In this document: positions 1 to 10,291 of the stretch, piece after piece
Numbering within the stretch: position 1 is the stretch's first letter
Layout: each line of letters begins with the position of its first letter
IMG/VR virus record: IMGVR_UViG_3300033273_000392
Span: 85,353-149,352 of that record
Length of the DNA: 64,000 nt
Strand: one strand, 5' to 3'
Origin: a virus
Notes under the pieces: model-generated
Told to the model about the DNA's origin: nothing
The model's input: the letters and a program-made list of their open reading frames with translations, nothing else
The model's database searches: none
Position numbers and translations under genes: made by a program

Positions 1-249
1 CTCACCTTCTGCAATAGAAAATGGGTCAGATATGTTATTAAACTTCAATATAAGATCAGATCTACTAGCATCCCCATAGTATGTAAGAGCTATTAAATCT
101 ATACGACCCCTTTCTAAAGGACTGACTCTATGTTCAGTATACTGGTCTTCTGTGACTTCTTCAATCTTGTTGATAAAGTACATAGTAGGCTGAACTATAA
201 GTAAGTTTACGCCCTCGATTATCTTATCTTTAATTGTAGCTAAATTCAT
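1..249 (-). CDS. Baseplate wedge gp53/tail-X (LysM-like) protein, partial (runs off window)
   Basis: Manual translation MNLATIKDKII...ERGRIDLIALTYYGDASRSDLILKFNNISDPFSIAEGE; RxDLIAxxYYG...ILxxNxIxDP is typical of T4 gp53/LysM-like baseplate proteins; its ATG overlaps the upstream stop. Confidence 0.65.
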   Translation of the reverse strand, partial: MNLATIKDKIIEGVNLLIVQPTMYFINKIEEVTEDQYTEHRVSPLERGRIDLIALTYYGDASRSDLILKFNNISDPFSIAEGE

Positions 250-1925
250 TATCCTTGTGCCATATCAGATATATTTCTTGCGAGGTTCTGAGATAATCTA
301 CCTTTGGCTCTACCATATTGATCCACGTTAACAGTACCAACATCGTCAAATCCTTCTGGTTGTAAGTATATTCTATTCTTACCCGCGTTAAACATGCTTT
401 CAATTTCAGATTTATCTCTAGGTCTACCTGGCTTTAAAGTAATTGTTAGCTTAAGCTTAGAAGGAAAGTCTTCATATCCTAAAGGACCTTCAAACTCAAA
501 CTTTGCATCTTGCATACATAGATTACCTATCACCATAACCGGGTTCATAGGGTTTCCAACTGTAAGGTGCCATTGCCCGGTCGGATCTCCTGTTAAGAAA
601 GCCTGAATTACTGCACCGCCCTGAGGGCTTCCAAATAGTTCCATAAGGCCGCCTCCTATAACTTGATCTAGAACTTTAGAATCACCTAACCCCTTTTTTA
701 GGTCATCGAATAAGTTTGATGCACTTGAAGTAAACTGATCTATGATGCTACCTAAAAATCCCTTATAATCTCCGCTTTTAAGCTTACTAAAATCACCGAA
801 TGGTTTCTTACCAGTTCCGCCATAGTATCTTGCAGCACCTCCCCAGAAAGGAGCATTATTGTATGTAAGTACAAGTAGGTTTGCTAGCGTATCCATAAAT
901 GCTACTCTAGGACTTGTATTACCATATGCTTTAAGATCGTAATGGAATGTCAAAGTAAACTCTTGTGTAAACTTTAAACCCCTGTCTCTAACTAAAATCT
1001 GATCAATAACATTATAAGGTCCATATACATGATTCGGATACGTAGCACTTAGCGGATCATGCCCAGGTCCTAACTGCTTTTTTCTTTCTGTTTGGGCCGC
1101 TGTTCTTCCGGCAAGACCCTCTTCAATCGCAGAAAGAAGAGGTGACGAGCTAATTTTGCCACCTACTTTACCGCGATTATCGCCACTTGGATTCTGTATT
1201 TCTTGAACCTTAGACTTTTCTTCCTTCCAGTTAAATCCAACATCAAACTTAATAATGTCTGCTAGCGTATTTCCTAAAGTAGGACTTATCCAGGTTACGG
1301 CCCTAGCGATATCTGGCTGTTGTGATTCTACCACGTCTCCGTTTTCAGCAAAATCTTTTGGGCTAAGTATATCATCCTTACATGGATATGGAAACCTTCT
1401 TAGGGTAAGCATATAGTTATTAGGAACAGTTCCATAATATTCACACTGTATAAAGTCTTCTAATCTATAGCTGTATGCAAGAGAGTCATTATCCTGCGAC
1501 CACTCCACTATTGTCTTAGCTGTTGGATTAATAGAAGGTGAATCGGGTGTAATAATTGACTTTTCATAGTCAGCTACATTAACCGGGGCCGAATCATCTA
1601 GGTTGTTTAAAGCGATAGACTTATACCTTAATAAATTCCAGGTATTAAATCTACTTCTAGGAGAGTCTCCGCTTTTTGCAGTGTATTCCTCAGAAGTACC
1701 TTCATTAACAACATATGACCTGGTGGGTAAAGTTTCATCATATAGACGATCCTTGCGTTGTTCTCCGTTTTGAAACGCAGTATGGCCTTCTATACTAATC
1801 TCACCCGGCTCTACCGGATTCCCTAATGCAGTATTTATAATGTCTAAACTGCTTTGTAAATCGCCAGTCTCAGTGTCTCTATAAAGATTAACTGCATCCT
1901 GTACTCCTTGGAAAGTTAGAGGCAT
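249..1925 (-). CDS. Putative virion structural protein (possibly baseplate/tail-tube initiator-like)
   Basis: 558 aa; late-type GATATATA motif upstream; coupled to gp53-like gene; beta-rich C-terminus. Confidence 0.35.
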   Translation of the reverse strand: MPLTFQGVQDAVNLYRDTETGDLQSSLDIINTALGNPVEPGEISIEGHTAFQNGEQRKDRLYDETLPTRSYVVNEGTSEEYTAKSGDSPRSRFNTWNLLRYKSIALNNLDDSAPVNVADYEKSIITPDSPSINPTAKTIVEWSQDNDSLAYSYRLEDFIQCEYYGTVPNNYMLTLRRFPYPCKDDILSPKDFAENGDVVESQQPDIARAVTWISPTLGNTLADIIKFDVGFNWKEEKSKVQEIQNPSGDNRGKVGGKISSSPLLSAIEEGLAGRTAAQTERKKQLGPGHDPLSATYPNHVYGPYNVIDQILVRDRGLKFTQEFTLTFHYDLKAYGNTSPRVAFMDTLANLLVLTYNNAPFWGGAARYYGGTGKKPFGDFSKLKSGDYKGFLGSIIDQFTSSASNLFDDLKKGLGDSKVLDQVIGGGLMELFGSPQGGAVIQAFLTGDPTGQWHLTVGNPMNPVMVIGNLCMQDAKFEFEGPLGYEDFPSKLKLTITLKPGRPRDKSEIESMFNAGKNRIYLQPEGFDDVGTVNVDQYGRAKGRLSQNLARNISDMAQG

Positions 1926-1985
1926 ACTTAGTTGATTCTTTTTTTGTATATATCTAACTTCTTTTCTGTATAATAAGTTATTATG

Positions 1986-2594
1986 TTAGGAGCTTCCCCA
2001 TTCTGCTGAATCTAGCTCATCAGTATCAGGTCTATATAGAAGATCTTCTATCCATCCATCATCCTTTGGATATCTGTCACCTAGGAATCTCTGTAGAGAC
2101 TTTTCATATATTCCTTTAGTTTGCCAATAAAACTGTCCTTTAGAGTATGCGTTCCTATTAGCTAATTCAAATATCTCTCTTAGCTTTATCTGTATAAAGA
2201 AGGTCTGCAGATTATTAAACAGTTCAACCTGTTCAGCTCTAGTCTTTGTGCAAAACACAGAATCAACGACAACTAGATATTTCTTCCATTTCTCCCCATC
2301 GAATACTCTTTTAGTTAAGTCATCTACTGCCCTAAATTCTTTTCTTTGCAGATTAATCCTAGTTTTTTCACCAGTCTTAAATCCACGTTGGAACATACCT
2401 CCAAAGAAATATTTCTTTAAAAAGTATATGTTATCGTAGAACTTAACAATCTTAAGTTGATACCTAGGATTAATCTCGTCAAACTTGACGTCATAGATTA
2501 AAGCTCTTACTGGGAACAATATATTCGGGCGAGCGTCGCAAGATATTAAAGCATGTACGTATTCACCCTTTGAATACAATTTATGCTTAATCAT
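1986..2594 (-). CDS. Hypothetical protein
   Basis: 202 aa ORF in tightly packed minus-strand operon. Confidence 0.6.
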   Translation of the reverse strand: MIKHKLYSKGEYVHALISCDARPNILFPVRALIYDVKFDEINPRYQLKIVKFYDNIYFLKKYFFGGMFQRGFKTGEKTRINLQRKEFRAVDDLTKRVFDGEKWKKYLVVVDSVFCTKTRAEQVELFNNLQTFFIQIKLREIFELANRNAYSKGQFYWQTKGIYEKSLQRFLGDRYPKDDGWIEDLLYRPDTDELDSAEWGSS

Positions 2595-2985
2595 TGTCTA
2601 TGAATCTTACGTTATCAAACTTGCTTAGGACTCCTTTTTTAGGATAGTCGCATCTATTGATGATCGTAAGGCCGACCTCATATGACTCGTCAGTCATGCT
2701 AGACACAAATTCCTTAAAGTTAGATATAGTCTCTTGGTCTAGGTTTTTAAGAAGATAAACAAGCCTATGCTCATCGCAACACTGTTCGTTTTCAAATAGT
2801 GTTCTAAGCATCTTCTCAATATAAAGAGATATGATTACATCGGATGGCTCGTTACCATAAGGATCGCTTTTAAGCAATCTTCCGTATATGTCAGAATAAG
2901 ATATCACCAAGTCGTAATTTTCAGACTTGACGTATCGATCAAACTCAGAACGAGTCTTACACCATATGCAATCAATCTTCATCAT
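2587..2985 (-). CDS. Hypothetical protein
   Basis: 132 aa ORF overlapping neighbours. Confidence 0.6.
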   Translation of the reverse strand: MMKIDCIWCKTRSEFDRYVKSENYDLVISYSDIYGRLLKSDPYGNEPSDVIISLYIEKMLRTLFENEQCCDEHRLVYLLKNLDQETISNFKEFVSSMTDESYEVGLTIINRCDYPKKGVLSKFDNVRFIDND

Positions 2986-3308
2986 TTCTTCTTTAAAAAC
3001 TTTTCTAGTCTCTGTATTTCTCTTCCAAGTTGAGAGATCTGTTCCTGTGCCATTTCGGAAGTAGGAGAATATGACTTACCCATAGATCTGCGAATCTCAA
3101 TCTTTTCGCGATCCATGTCAGTACCTAGATCTATTCCAAGATCTAAGGCTATATCATTGATGAACTTAATCTTATTAATAGTGGCGGTAGGAGAGTCAAA
3201 GTCATAAACAACTCTAGACTCATATTCCTCACCAGCACCATTAACATTGTCATCATGAAGTATCTTAATTACTCCATTGTCGGCAAGTTCTAGTGTAAGT
3301 GTAACCAT
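2982..3308 (-). CDS. Hypothetical protein
   Basis: 108 aa ORF, coupled to neighbours. Confidence 0.6.
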   Translation of the reverse strand: MVTLTLELADNGVIKILHDDNVNGAGEEYESRVVYDFDSPTATINKIKFINDIALDLGIDLGTDMDREKIEIRRSMGKSYSPTSEMAQEQISQLGREIQRLEKFLKKK

Positions 3309-3751
3309 TAGGCATTTCTTTTTTGCTTGGACTCGTTAGCCTCCTTAAGCAATTGTCTAATTATCTTCTTATCTTGTTTCCTAGTCTCCTTATTGTTAAC
3401 GAAGTCAAGCGAGTATGCTTCTTCTAACATTTCAATCTCTTCTTCATTATAACCCATAGCAGCCCAGTTAATCTTCATACTTTCAATCTTTTCCTCTAGC
3501 TGGATAGCCATGGCTCTTTCCCTTTCATCTAGGTTGGCTTCGTGGATCTTTCTTCCGTTTTCACGCTGAGCTTCTCTTATATCAGCGCTATCCTTAAAGC
3601 TCATGTTTTTCTTAGCTTTAAAGTAACCGCTTTGCTTCATCATTGCCCGTCTTTGTTTATGATTGGGCATGGTAAACTTAACGTTACTCTCCGGAGTCTG
3701 ATTTGCTTGATCGTTTTCTGTCATTGTAATAGTTATTAGTGAATGATTCAA
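3308..3751 (-). CDS. Hypothetical coiled-coil protein (start uncertain)
   Basis: Charged helical ORF. Confidence 0.55.
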   Translation of the reverse strand: MNHSLITITMTENDQANQTPESNVKFTMPNHKQRRAMMKQSGYFKAKKNMSFKDSADIREAQRENGRKIHEANLDERERAMAIQLEEKIESMKINWAAMGYNEEEIEMLEEAYSLDFVNNKETRKQDKKIIRQLLKEANESKQKRNA

Positions 3752-4298
3752 TCTGACCTTTTAATTGGTCTCTTAAATTATCTATCTGGCTCTCAATAAG
3801 AGCTATAATATAGTTATTTAACTCAGAAGCGTCTACATCCATTTCATCTATAAGCATGCCGTGCATCGCCTTAGATGGTAGGTTAACGGTAACTGGCATT
3901 TTAGCAGTATTCTTTTTGCTAACCTTTTTAAGCATACCCATCATAACGCTATTGTCGTCCATTTCTGTAGGAGCAGGCGCTTTAGATTCTGACTTAGGTT
4001 TAACCTCCTCTACCTTAGGAGATTCGACTTGTGTTTCAACAGGATTAAAGCTCTTAGATATTCTTTGAGCATCTTCTTCATTTCCCGTCTCCATAAGGAA
4101 CTCACCGATAAGATCTTTGGCAATACGAGTACCGTCAGTAAAGTAAAGCCATTTCTTGTCATCCTTATTTACATCTATTTTAACTATATCGCCAGATCGT
4201 TCACTCTTGATCCAGACATATAACTTTTCTTCCATATTTTCCTTTGTTTCTACCATTCCAAAAATTCGTTTAATTAGTAGCTTCAGTAGTAATATCAT
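3684..4298 (-). CDS. Hypothetical protein (true start probably near 4256)
   Basis: 204 aa ORF; called 5' end overlaps next gene. Confidence 0.55.
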   Translation of the reverse strand: MILLLKLLIKRIFGMVETKENMEEKLYVWIKSERSGDIVKIDVNKDDKKWLYFTDGTRIAKDLIGEFLMETGNEEDAQRISKSFNPVETQVESPKVEEVKPKSESKAPAPTEMDDNSVMMGMLKKVSKKNTAKMPVTVNLPSKAMHGMLIDEMDVDASELNNYIIALIESQIDNLRDQLKGQIESFTNNYYNDRKRSSKSDSGE

Positions 4299-4473
4299 CG
4301 CCCTCGTGTATTAAGAACTGTTTGATAAAATTTAAGGACTCTTCAGAACCCATGACCGCATCGGCTTTTACGTATCGCCTAGACCAATCTTTGTAGAATC
4401 TTTGATTTCCCTTTTCTAAAAGCTCTTCTTGTAGAGTCTTAATATCAGGTATGTAAAGTTTAGTAAACCCCAT
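4270..4473 (-). CDS. Hypothetical protein
   Basis: 67 aa, start overlaps helicase stop. Confidence 0.55.
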   Translation of the reverse strand: MGFTKLYIPDIKTLQEELLEKGNQRFYKDWSRRYVKADAVMGSEESLNFIKQFLIHEGDDITTEATN

Positions 4474-6206
4474 TATTTTATAATTTTAACACGTTCTGTA
4501 AAGCTGTCAGGGAAAAAGCCCTTTTTATTTATCAGGCTATTAAAGCAAGCATCTAGGATATATGTAACCGCCCAGTCATCCTCATTTCGGACGCTACGGC
4601 CAACTCCTTGCATAATAGATACGCCGGTCTTCCAGTCATACCAATCTACATACTTGCCCATCTTAGCCTTAACAAGCGGATCACCTAATGATGGATATGG
4701 AACCTTAAAGAATATCTGGAATCGACTATTATCGTCTTTTAAATCTAATCCTTCAATAAGAGATGGACCCATCAGTATTGACCCTTCTTTATACTTAAAG
4801 ATATCTAATTGTTCTGCCTTTTCTTTAGATCCGCTATAGTCCATAATCCTCCATCCATGTTGGCTATGCTGCTTAATGTATTCTGTAAAGGCATAACTCC
4901 CTGTATGAATAATGCCACGTTGCCCTTTATGCTTATCAAGAATCTTATCAAGGACCTCTACCACCTTAGGTAAGTTACGCTCACGTTCCCTGTAAGAAAG
5001 CTTGTGTCGGTTCACAAAGATAACAGGAGACTTATCATAGTTGAATTGATTACCTAGGCGAATCACCTTAGCAGACTGGATTCCCATGTGCTTAGCAAAA
5101 CTTCTAATATCACCTAAGGTAGCCGACATAAAAATCTTGAAGCCAGCCTTCTCAAGAAGAAATTGCTTGACCATATTAGATTCTTCGACACACATAAACT
5201 TAGTCTCTTTATCATCGCGATCAATAACCATAGAGTCAACGCCATGTTCTTTGATGATATCATGGTAGTCATCAAACTTACACCATATATCTTTCATCTT
5301 ATCCATGATAACAAAGAATGTGGCCCAATCCTTAGGAACCGCAGAATCACCAGGGAAAGCCTTCTTACAACGAACACGCCCGGCTTGATGAACCTTACGG
5401 TAAACCGTGGCTAACCATCTCATATCAGCAATGGCCTTCATAAGTTCATTAGGATCCTCTTCATGCATAAGGTCATAGATAATAGTCTTGATTCGACTTT
5501 CACTAACCGTGCTTTGACCCAATCCATTTCTCATAGAGAACTTATTAGCTGATCTAAACAGATTTATCATGTCCTCATCAACCCTAGGAGCAAAATGATT
5601 TTGCACGATACTATCGATCTTATGTGCCTCATCAAAGAATACAAAGTCGCGCTTCTTAAATGGAACCTCTTTATTGTCTTGCAGCAACTTATCTTCTACA
5701 TAGTTACGTTGAATAAGCCAATAGTTATAGTTCAATAGGCTTACTGGCTGTTCTATAGCCCTCTTTCTGCTCTGAAGATATCCACAATGCTTGAAACATT
5801 TTAGCTGCTTCTCAGCCGCCTCGTATCCCATTCCCTTAAACTTGCATACACCTAGGCTAAAGGTGTTTCCATTAACATGGCATTCATAGTTGTCGACTCC
5901 ACGAACAGAAGGCCATTTGAGCTTCAACCTTGAAAAATCATTTTCATATTGGTCCTGCAACATAAGATCAGAAGTCACAAGGTATCCCTGGTTTCCCATC
6001 TCTTTAAAGATGTATGAACACCACATAGCGATAATAGACTTACCTGTTCCAGTAGGTGCGTCTAAAATAACTGTAGATTCGGGATCCTCTAGATAAGCTT
6101 CACAGATCTGTACGATCGTCTCTCGTTGATTTAGCCTAAATGTAAAGTTAGGGCCGAATACACCTGCCTTAAGGGCAGAATCTATAATCTTATTTATATT
6201 GTTCAT
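4473..6206 (-). CDS. DinG/XPD-family SF2 helicase with Fe-S cysteines
   Basis: Walker A APTGTGKS, DEAH, SATLG, EGLDL, KVPYP, QGVGRSVR..DDW; Cys cluster after motif Ia. Confidence 0.9.
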   Translation of the reverse strand: MNNINKIIDSALKAGVFGPNFTFRLNQRETIVQICEAYLEDPESTVILDAPTGTGKSIIAMWCSYIFKEMGNQGYLVTSDLMLQDQYENDFSRLKLKWPSVRGVDNYECHVNGNTFSLGVCKFKGMGYEAAEKQLKCFKHCGYLQSRKRAIEQPVSLLNYNYWLIQRNYVEDKLLQDNKEVPFKKRDFVFFDEAHKIDSIVQNHFAPRVDEDMINLFRSANKFSMRNGLGQSTVSESRIKTIIYDLMHEEDPNELMKAIADMRWLATVYRKVHQAGRVRCKKAFPGDSAVPKDWATFFVIMDKMKDIWCKFDDYHDIIKEHGVDSMVIDRDDKETKFMCVEESNMVKQFLLEKAGFKIFMSATLGDIRSFAKHMGIQSAKVIRLGNQFNYDKSPVIFVNRHKLSYRERERNLPKVVEVLDKILDKHKGQRGIIHTGSYAFTEYIKQHSQHGWRIMDYSGSKEKAEQLDIFKYKEGSILMGPSLIEGLDLKDDNSRFQIFFKVPYPSLGDPLVKAKMGKYVDWYDWKTGVSIMQGVGRSVRNEDDWAVTYILDACFNSLINKKGFFPDSFTERVKIIK

Positions 6207-6625
6207 TGGTCATTCCAACAGATAACCTCTTCAACGCTGATTCCAGCTTCTTTTAATAGCTCAACTCCGGACATATCTCTATATGATTCAGAGTAGTAAA
6301 CTTCTTCGATGCCCGCTTGAATAATAAGCTTAGCGCAATCAAAACATGGCGCAGTTGTAGTATAAAGCGTAGCTCCGTTAGATGACATGGTTGACTTAGC
6401 AATCTTAGTAATCGCATTAGATTCAGCATGCAAAACCGAAGGAAGAGTACAGTCATTCTCTTCACAGCAATTATCAAATCCCTTTGGAGTTCCATTATAT
6501 CCAAATGAAACGATTTGCTCATCCTTAATGATGATACATCCAACCTTTCTACGTTCAGCATAACTCAACTTTGCAGTCTGATATGCTATCTGCATGTAGA
6601 TCTTATCAATTGGTATTCTTGGCAT
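6203..6625 (-). CDS. dCMP deaminase
   Basis: GYNG, HAESNAI, PCFDC zinc motifs. Confidence 0.93.
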   Translation of the reverse strand: MPRIPIDKIYMQIAYQTAKLSYAERRKVGCIIIKDEQIVSFGYNGTPKGFDNCCEENDCTLPSVLHAESNAITKIAKSTMSSNGATLYTTTAPCFDCAKLIIQAGIEEVYYSESYRDMSGVELLKEAGISVEEVICWNDQ

Positions 6626-6626
6626 A

Positions 6627-6659
6627 ATAAAAAAGGTCTACATTTTATATGCAGACCTT
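6627..6659 (-). terminator. Intrinsic terminator overlapping a middle-type promoter
   Basis: Minus strand AAGGTCTGCAT-loop-ATGTAGACCTT followed by a T run. Confidence 0.5.
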
Positions 6660-6679
6660 CCTTAAAGTTTACTTATCTA

Positions 6680-7366
6680 TTATTCCCCGCTCCAAGCTTC
6701 TTTCATTTCTTCAATCTTCTTTGCGTAAGCATCTTTCATCTCATTGCAATTAGCCTCAAAGGTTTCGGCAGTCATATCACCCTCCTTAACCTGCTTCCAC
6801 GCCTCTTGCATTGCATCCGCTGCTAGATTAGCAGCAAGCGCAGCGTTTTCTTTCATGTAGCCTTCTAAAGTGTGGTCTGGGTAATCATCTTGCTCATAAG
6901 CAACTGCCTCTGCGACACACTTATCGTATGCTTCTTTCATCATTTCAGAAACTACGATCTCTTCTGATTCTTCTGCAGGCTCTTCAGCGTCTACGTCAGT
7001 AGGCTCCTCAGCTGGTTCTTCTTCTGCAGGTTCCTCAGCTGGTTCTTCTTCTGCAGGTTCTTCAGCTGGCTCCTCTTCTGCAGGTTCCTCAGCTGGCTCC
7101 TCTTCAGCTTCTTCAGCTTCAGCTTCTTCTTCAGATTCTTCCTCCCCTGCTTCTTCAGCGTCTTCCTCTTCGGCTTCTTCTTCAGCCTCTTCCTCCGCAG
7201 CATCACCCTCTTCTTCAGACTCCTCTTCAGCTTCCTCAGGAGCGTCTACCTCCTCTTCTTCAATTTCTTCAGCGCCAGCTTCCTCGTCTTCTAGGTCCTC
7301 TTCGCTTACTTTAGGCATGTTCTTATTAGAGAAATACTCTTCAAAGGTTAATATCTTTCTGCTCAT
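6680..7366 (-). CDS. Very acidic low-complexity protein, possible internal head/scaffold-like protein
   Basis: E/A/P-rich; N-terminus KILTFEEYF resembles the shared tag; GATATATA at 7388-7395. Confidence 0.55.
   Translation of the reverse strand: MSRKILTFEEYFSNKNMPKVSEEDLEDEEAGAEEIEEEEVDAPEEAEEESEEEGDAAEEEAEEEAEEEDAEEAGEEESEEEAEAEEAEEEPAEEPAEEEPAEEPAEEEPAEEPAEEEPAEEPTDVDAEEPAEESEEIVVSEMMKEAYDKCVAEAVAYEQDDYPDHTLEGYMKENAALAANLAADAMQEAWKQVKEGDMTAETFEANCNEMKDAYAKKIEEMKEAWSGE
6975..7130 (-). repeat. Coding tandem repeat (EEPAEEPAE units)
   Basis: Recurring GCAGGTTC(C/T)TCAGCTGG units with about 27 bp period. Confidence 0.8.
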
Positions 7367-7401
7367 TTTTAAGTTATTTTGTTTTTTTATATATCAGTCT
7401 A

Positions 7402-9738
7402 TTATATAAGTCTTTTCTCAAGGTCTCTTCTCATCTTAACAAGCTTAGTAATACTAGCTTCCACGCTATCTAATCTACTTCCGTATTCATCAGATATTGG
7501 TCCACCTTCCATCTCAGCTTCTTGTTCCATATCAAATAAAAGCCGTTGTCTGTCAAGGTATAGTCCATTTAACTCTTTATTGAGCTTTTCAAGTTTAGCA
7601 TAAACTTTCTTTATGTCCCTTTCTGCCATTTGTCTTTCTACATTAGCTCTTTTATCTAACTCAGCTCTTTTTGCTCTCATAGCCATAAGTACTGGGTCAT
7701 TAATGTCCATTGCCTCATTTACAAATTCAGAGTACTTCTTGACAATACCCTTATTTTCTTCTAGGTTGTTAAACTGTTCCATGTTGTTATATATCTGTTC
7801 TTTCATGGCATCTATCTCTTTTGACTTATCGATGGCCCAATCAACTCCTTCATCTCCTCCCCAAATCAACCAAGCAACATATCCTTTATCCTTCCACGGC
7901 GTATCTTTGTGCTCGGCAGAAATCTTTGAGTTCTTTCTATGTCTGTTAAACGCAGCCATACGCTTTACCGTTTCAGCAGATAGGTTTTCACCGTTAGCAA
8001 GCTGATTTGCTCTAGCCCATCCAACTGGAGTACCGGCATCAACCTCATCTCTACCGTACTTGTCTCTCCACTCCAACGCCTTCTTTGCATTAGCCTTTGC
8101 TGCTGCAGGATAATCGTTATATGATTCTTCATTTAACGATGCCTCGGTAGTATAGACTACATTAGATCCAGACCACACATTTTGAGAAACCTCATAGTAT
8201 GTCTGTCCTTCATACCTTCTTTTTATAACGCTCCAGTCTCCAGGAAGAGTCTTAAGAGATTTCTTTATGTATGCCATGTAGAATCTCCCTCTCTTAGAAT
8301 CAATCTCACTCTTACCATCAGGTGAATCACCCTTAGGTGGAATGTACAATGATTCTACTTTAAAGCCCGAATCCAATATATCTACGATAGCTTCTTTCAT
8401 GATAGCCACGACCGTTGATAGAACTCTAAACTGTTCATGCATATTAGTCTGGCTTTCATCACCCTTATCTCTATCTGCAAGATTAAACGAAGCGGTTAGT
8501 ACAACGTATCTTTTGTATTTAGGCTCCTTTTTAGGTTCACCTCCAAATGAAAGTTGAAGGACGCCTTCTTTGTGCAGTCCGCCATTTAGCTTACAAATAT
8601 ACTTAACCCCGTCATCATTTATAAACTCCCATGTAAATTCAGCGTCCATTCCGCCGTTACCTTTAGAGTTTGTTTTAACCTTAGAATCAAATGAGCCAAG
8701 TACCTTTTTAATAGTATCGCCGACTGGCTTATACCTAAACACCTTAGCAGAAGCGTCTCCGATCTCATTTAGCATGTAGGCCTCAAACGTATATGCCGGG
8801 TTACTAGAAATAAAGTCCTTTTTTCTCATAATAGTTTTAGCTATGATTTGGTTCACCCGCTTTACAAAAGGAATGTTTAGGTCGGTTCTTTTATCCTTAA
8901 CGATAAACTCATCATATTGCTTCATAAACTTATCAAACTGCTTCTTTTTCTTGGCGAGCCTCTTAAAGAATCCAATAAGTTCAGCATCGGTAATGTCTTT
9001 ATCATGTTCGACTCTAGTAAGTCTGTCGAAAAAGTGTTTTGTAAATTCTACGTCAGTCGGATCTAGAATGTCATCAGCATAATCTTCGATTCTATCCATA
9101 TTAACCTTTTCCGATACAAAGCCATGTGCGTATCTTTCTCCGTTTCTTAACAATGCAGAAACTCTTGAGTAACCGTCAATCAACTCTCCATCTATAACGA
9201 CAATTTCAAAGTCTAAGTCGTATTCACTTACATCATCGGAATGATATCGTTGTTCACCGCTCTTATAATACGCAGCTAAGTCAGAATCGGTTTTAAGCAA
9301 TTTCTTAAGATCGATTTTTGTCATCTTAAAGTCTTTAGAAGTTACATCGTCTTCGAATCCCCATGGAATATCATCCTCTTCTGGAGTAATGCTAACTATA
9401 TGGTCCCATACTTCTTCGCCAGACCATTTTCTTTCAACAATAAGAGATTCATCCATCTTATCTAAAAGATCCTGTCGATCGAGCTGCTTATAAACCTCCC
9501 TTCTAGTCTTCTCCATTTTTTCAGCATACTTAGGATCGTCATTTCTGTTAAAGACAATCTGCTGAGTAAGAGAACCGCTAATCTTCTTAACGTCACCCTT
9601 TCTAGTCTTTATAAGCCATGCAGCAAGGTCCTTAATAGAAAGATCTTTAAATCTGCCTTCTGCATCAGGTGCATCTGAGTGATGAAAGTCAGGTGCTCCC
9701 TTAGGCTTCTTTTCATATAGAGGCTTTACGTATTTCAT
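7402..9738 (-). CDS. Multi-domain late protein, probable polyprotein (includes a ParB-like segment)
   Basis: Start reassigned to MKYVKPLYE, 5 nt after GATATATA; IVVIDGELIDGYSR ParB-like segment; modules separated by LIVE/FVSE/MLNE/SLNE/FVNE. Confidence 0.6.
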   Translation of the reverse strand: MKYVKPLYEKKPKGAPDFHHSDAPDAEGRFKDLSIKDLAAWLIKTRKGDVKKISGSLTQQIVFNRNDDPKYAEKMEKTRREVYKQLDRQDLLDKMDESLIVERKWSGEEVWDHIVSITPEEDDIPWGFEDDVTSKDFKMTKIDLKKLLKTDSDLAAYYKSGEQRYHSDDVSEYDLDFEIVVIDGELIDGYSRVSALLRNGERYAHGFVSEKVNMDRIEDYADDILDPTDVEFTKHFFDRLTRVEHDKDITDAELIGFFKRLAKKKKQFDKFMKQYDEFIVKDKRTDLNIPFVKRVNQIIAKTIMRKKDFISSNPAYTFEAYMLNEIGDASAKVFRYKPVGDTIKKVLGSFDSKVKTNSKGNGGMDAEFTWEFINDDGVKYICKLNGGLHKEGVLQLSFGGEPKKEPKYKRYVVLTASFNLADRDKGDESQTNMHEQFRVLSTVVAIMKEAIVDILDSGFKVESLYIPPKGDSPDGKSEIDSKRGRFYMAYIKKSLKTLPGDWSVIKRRYEGQTYYEVSQNVWSGSNVVYTTEASLNEESYNDYPAAAKANAKKALEWRDKYGRDEVDAGTPVGWARANQLANGENLSAETVKRMAAFNRHRKNSKISAEHKDTPWKDKGYVAWLIWGGDEGVDWAIDKSKEIDAMKEQIYNNMEQFNNLEENKGIVKKYSEFVNEAMDINDPVLMAMRAKRAELDKRANVERQMAERDIKKVYAKLEKLNKELNGLYLDRQRLLFDMEQEAEMEGGPISDEYGSRLDSVEASITKLVKMRRDLEKRLI

Positions 9739-9753
9739 TATGCTATATATCAA

Positions 9754-9782
9754 TAAAAAAAGGGGGACCGAATGGTCCCCCT
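9754..9782 (-). terminator. Intrinsic terminator
   Basis: AGGGGGACC-ATTC-GGTCCCCCT followed by a T run on the minus strand. Confidence 0.85.
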
Positions 9783-9823
9783 ACTAGCCCCCTAAGTTAT
9801 TAATTTTATACGGCACTTAAAAA

Positions 9824-10081
9824 TTAGCCATTTACTGACTCTGATCCAACAACTTCTTGCATTAGGTTATCTATGAGGGTCAGGCGCTCACTAGCGTCTG
9901 CGATCTTCCCTACCTGTTTGTCCATCTCATCAATAATTTGAGGATGTTCACCTATACCTACTGAGTTGTTCGCGTAAATCATTAGAGTCGCGACGGCTTC
10001 TAACTTTTGGGCTTTGTACTTAGCTTTTAAAGCTTCAAATTTCATTTTAGTTATTTCGATATTCATACTCTGCATTTGCAT
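9824..10081 (-). CDS. Small conserved phage-type helical protein
   Basis: NSVGIGEHPQIIDEMDK segment of a kind seen in T4-like phage hypotheticals. Confidence 0.55.
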   Translation of the reverse strand: MQMQSMNIEITKMKFEALKAKYKAQKLEAVATLMIYANNSVGIGEHPQIIDEMDKQVGKIADASERLTLIDNLMQEVVGSESVNG

Positions 10082-10260
10082 TTTGTTTTACCGTTGTTAA
10101 TAACTTCCTGCAAACCTGAAAAGATAATCGCAAATCCCATGAGATCCCAGAATCGATCTTCTCCTAAATGTAGGAATGATATTAAAACGAACATTATACT
10201 ACATGTGTAAAAATATGTTTCACCAAGAGACTTAAAAAGTCTAATAAACCAATTTTTCAT
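10063..10260 (-). CDS. Small membrane protein
   Basis: Two hydrophobic stretches. Confidence 0.5.
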   Translation of the reverse strand: MKNWFIRLFKSLGETYFYTCSIMFVLISFLHLGEDRFWDLMGFAIIFSGLQEVINNGKTKCKCRV

Positions 10261-10291
10261 TTTTTCAATAATTTATATAACCAAGTGTTAA

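Noticed and set aside
6991-7206. Lys/Arg-rich 71-aa ORF
   Set aside because: Frame-shifted shadow of the Glu-rich repeat
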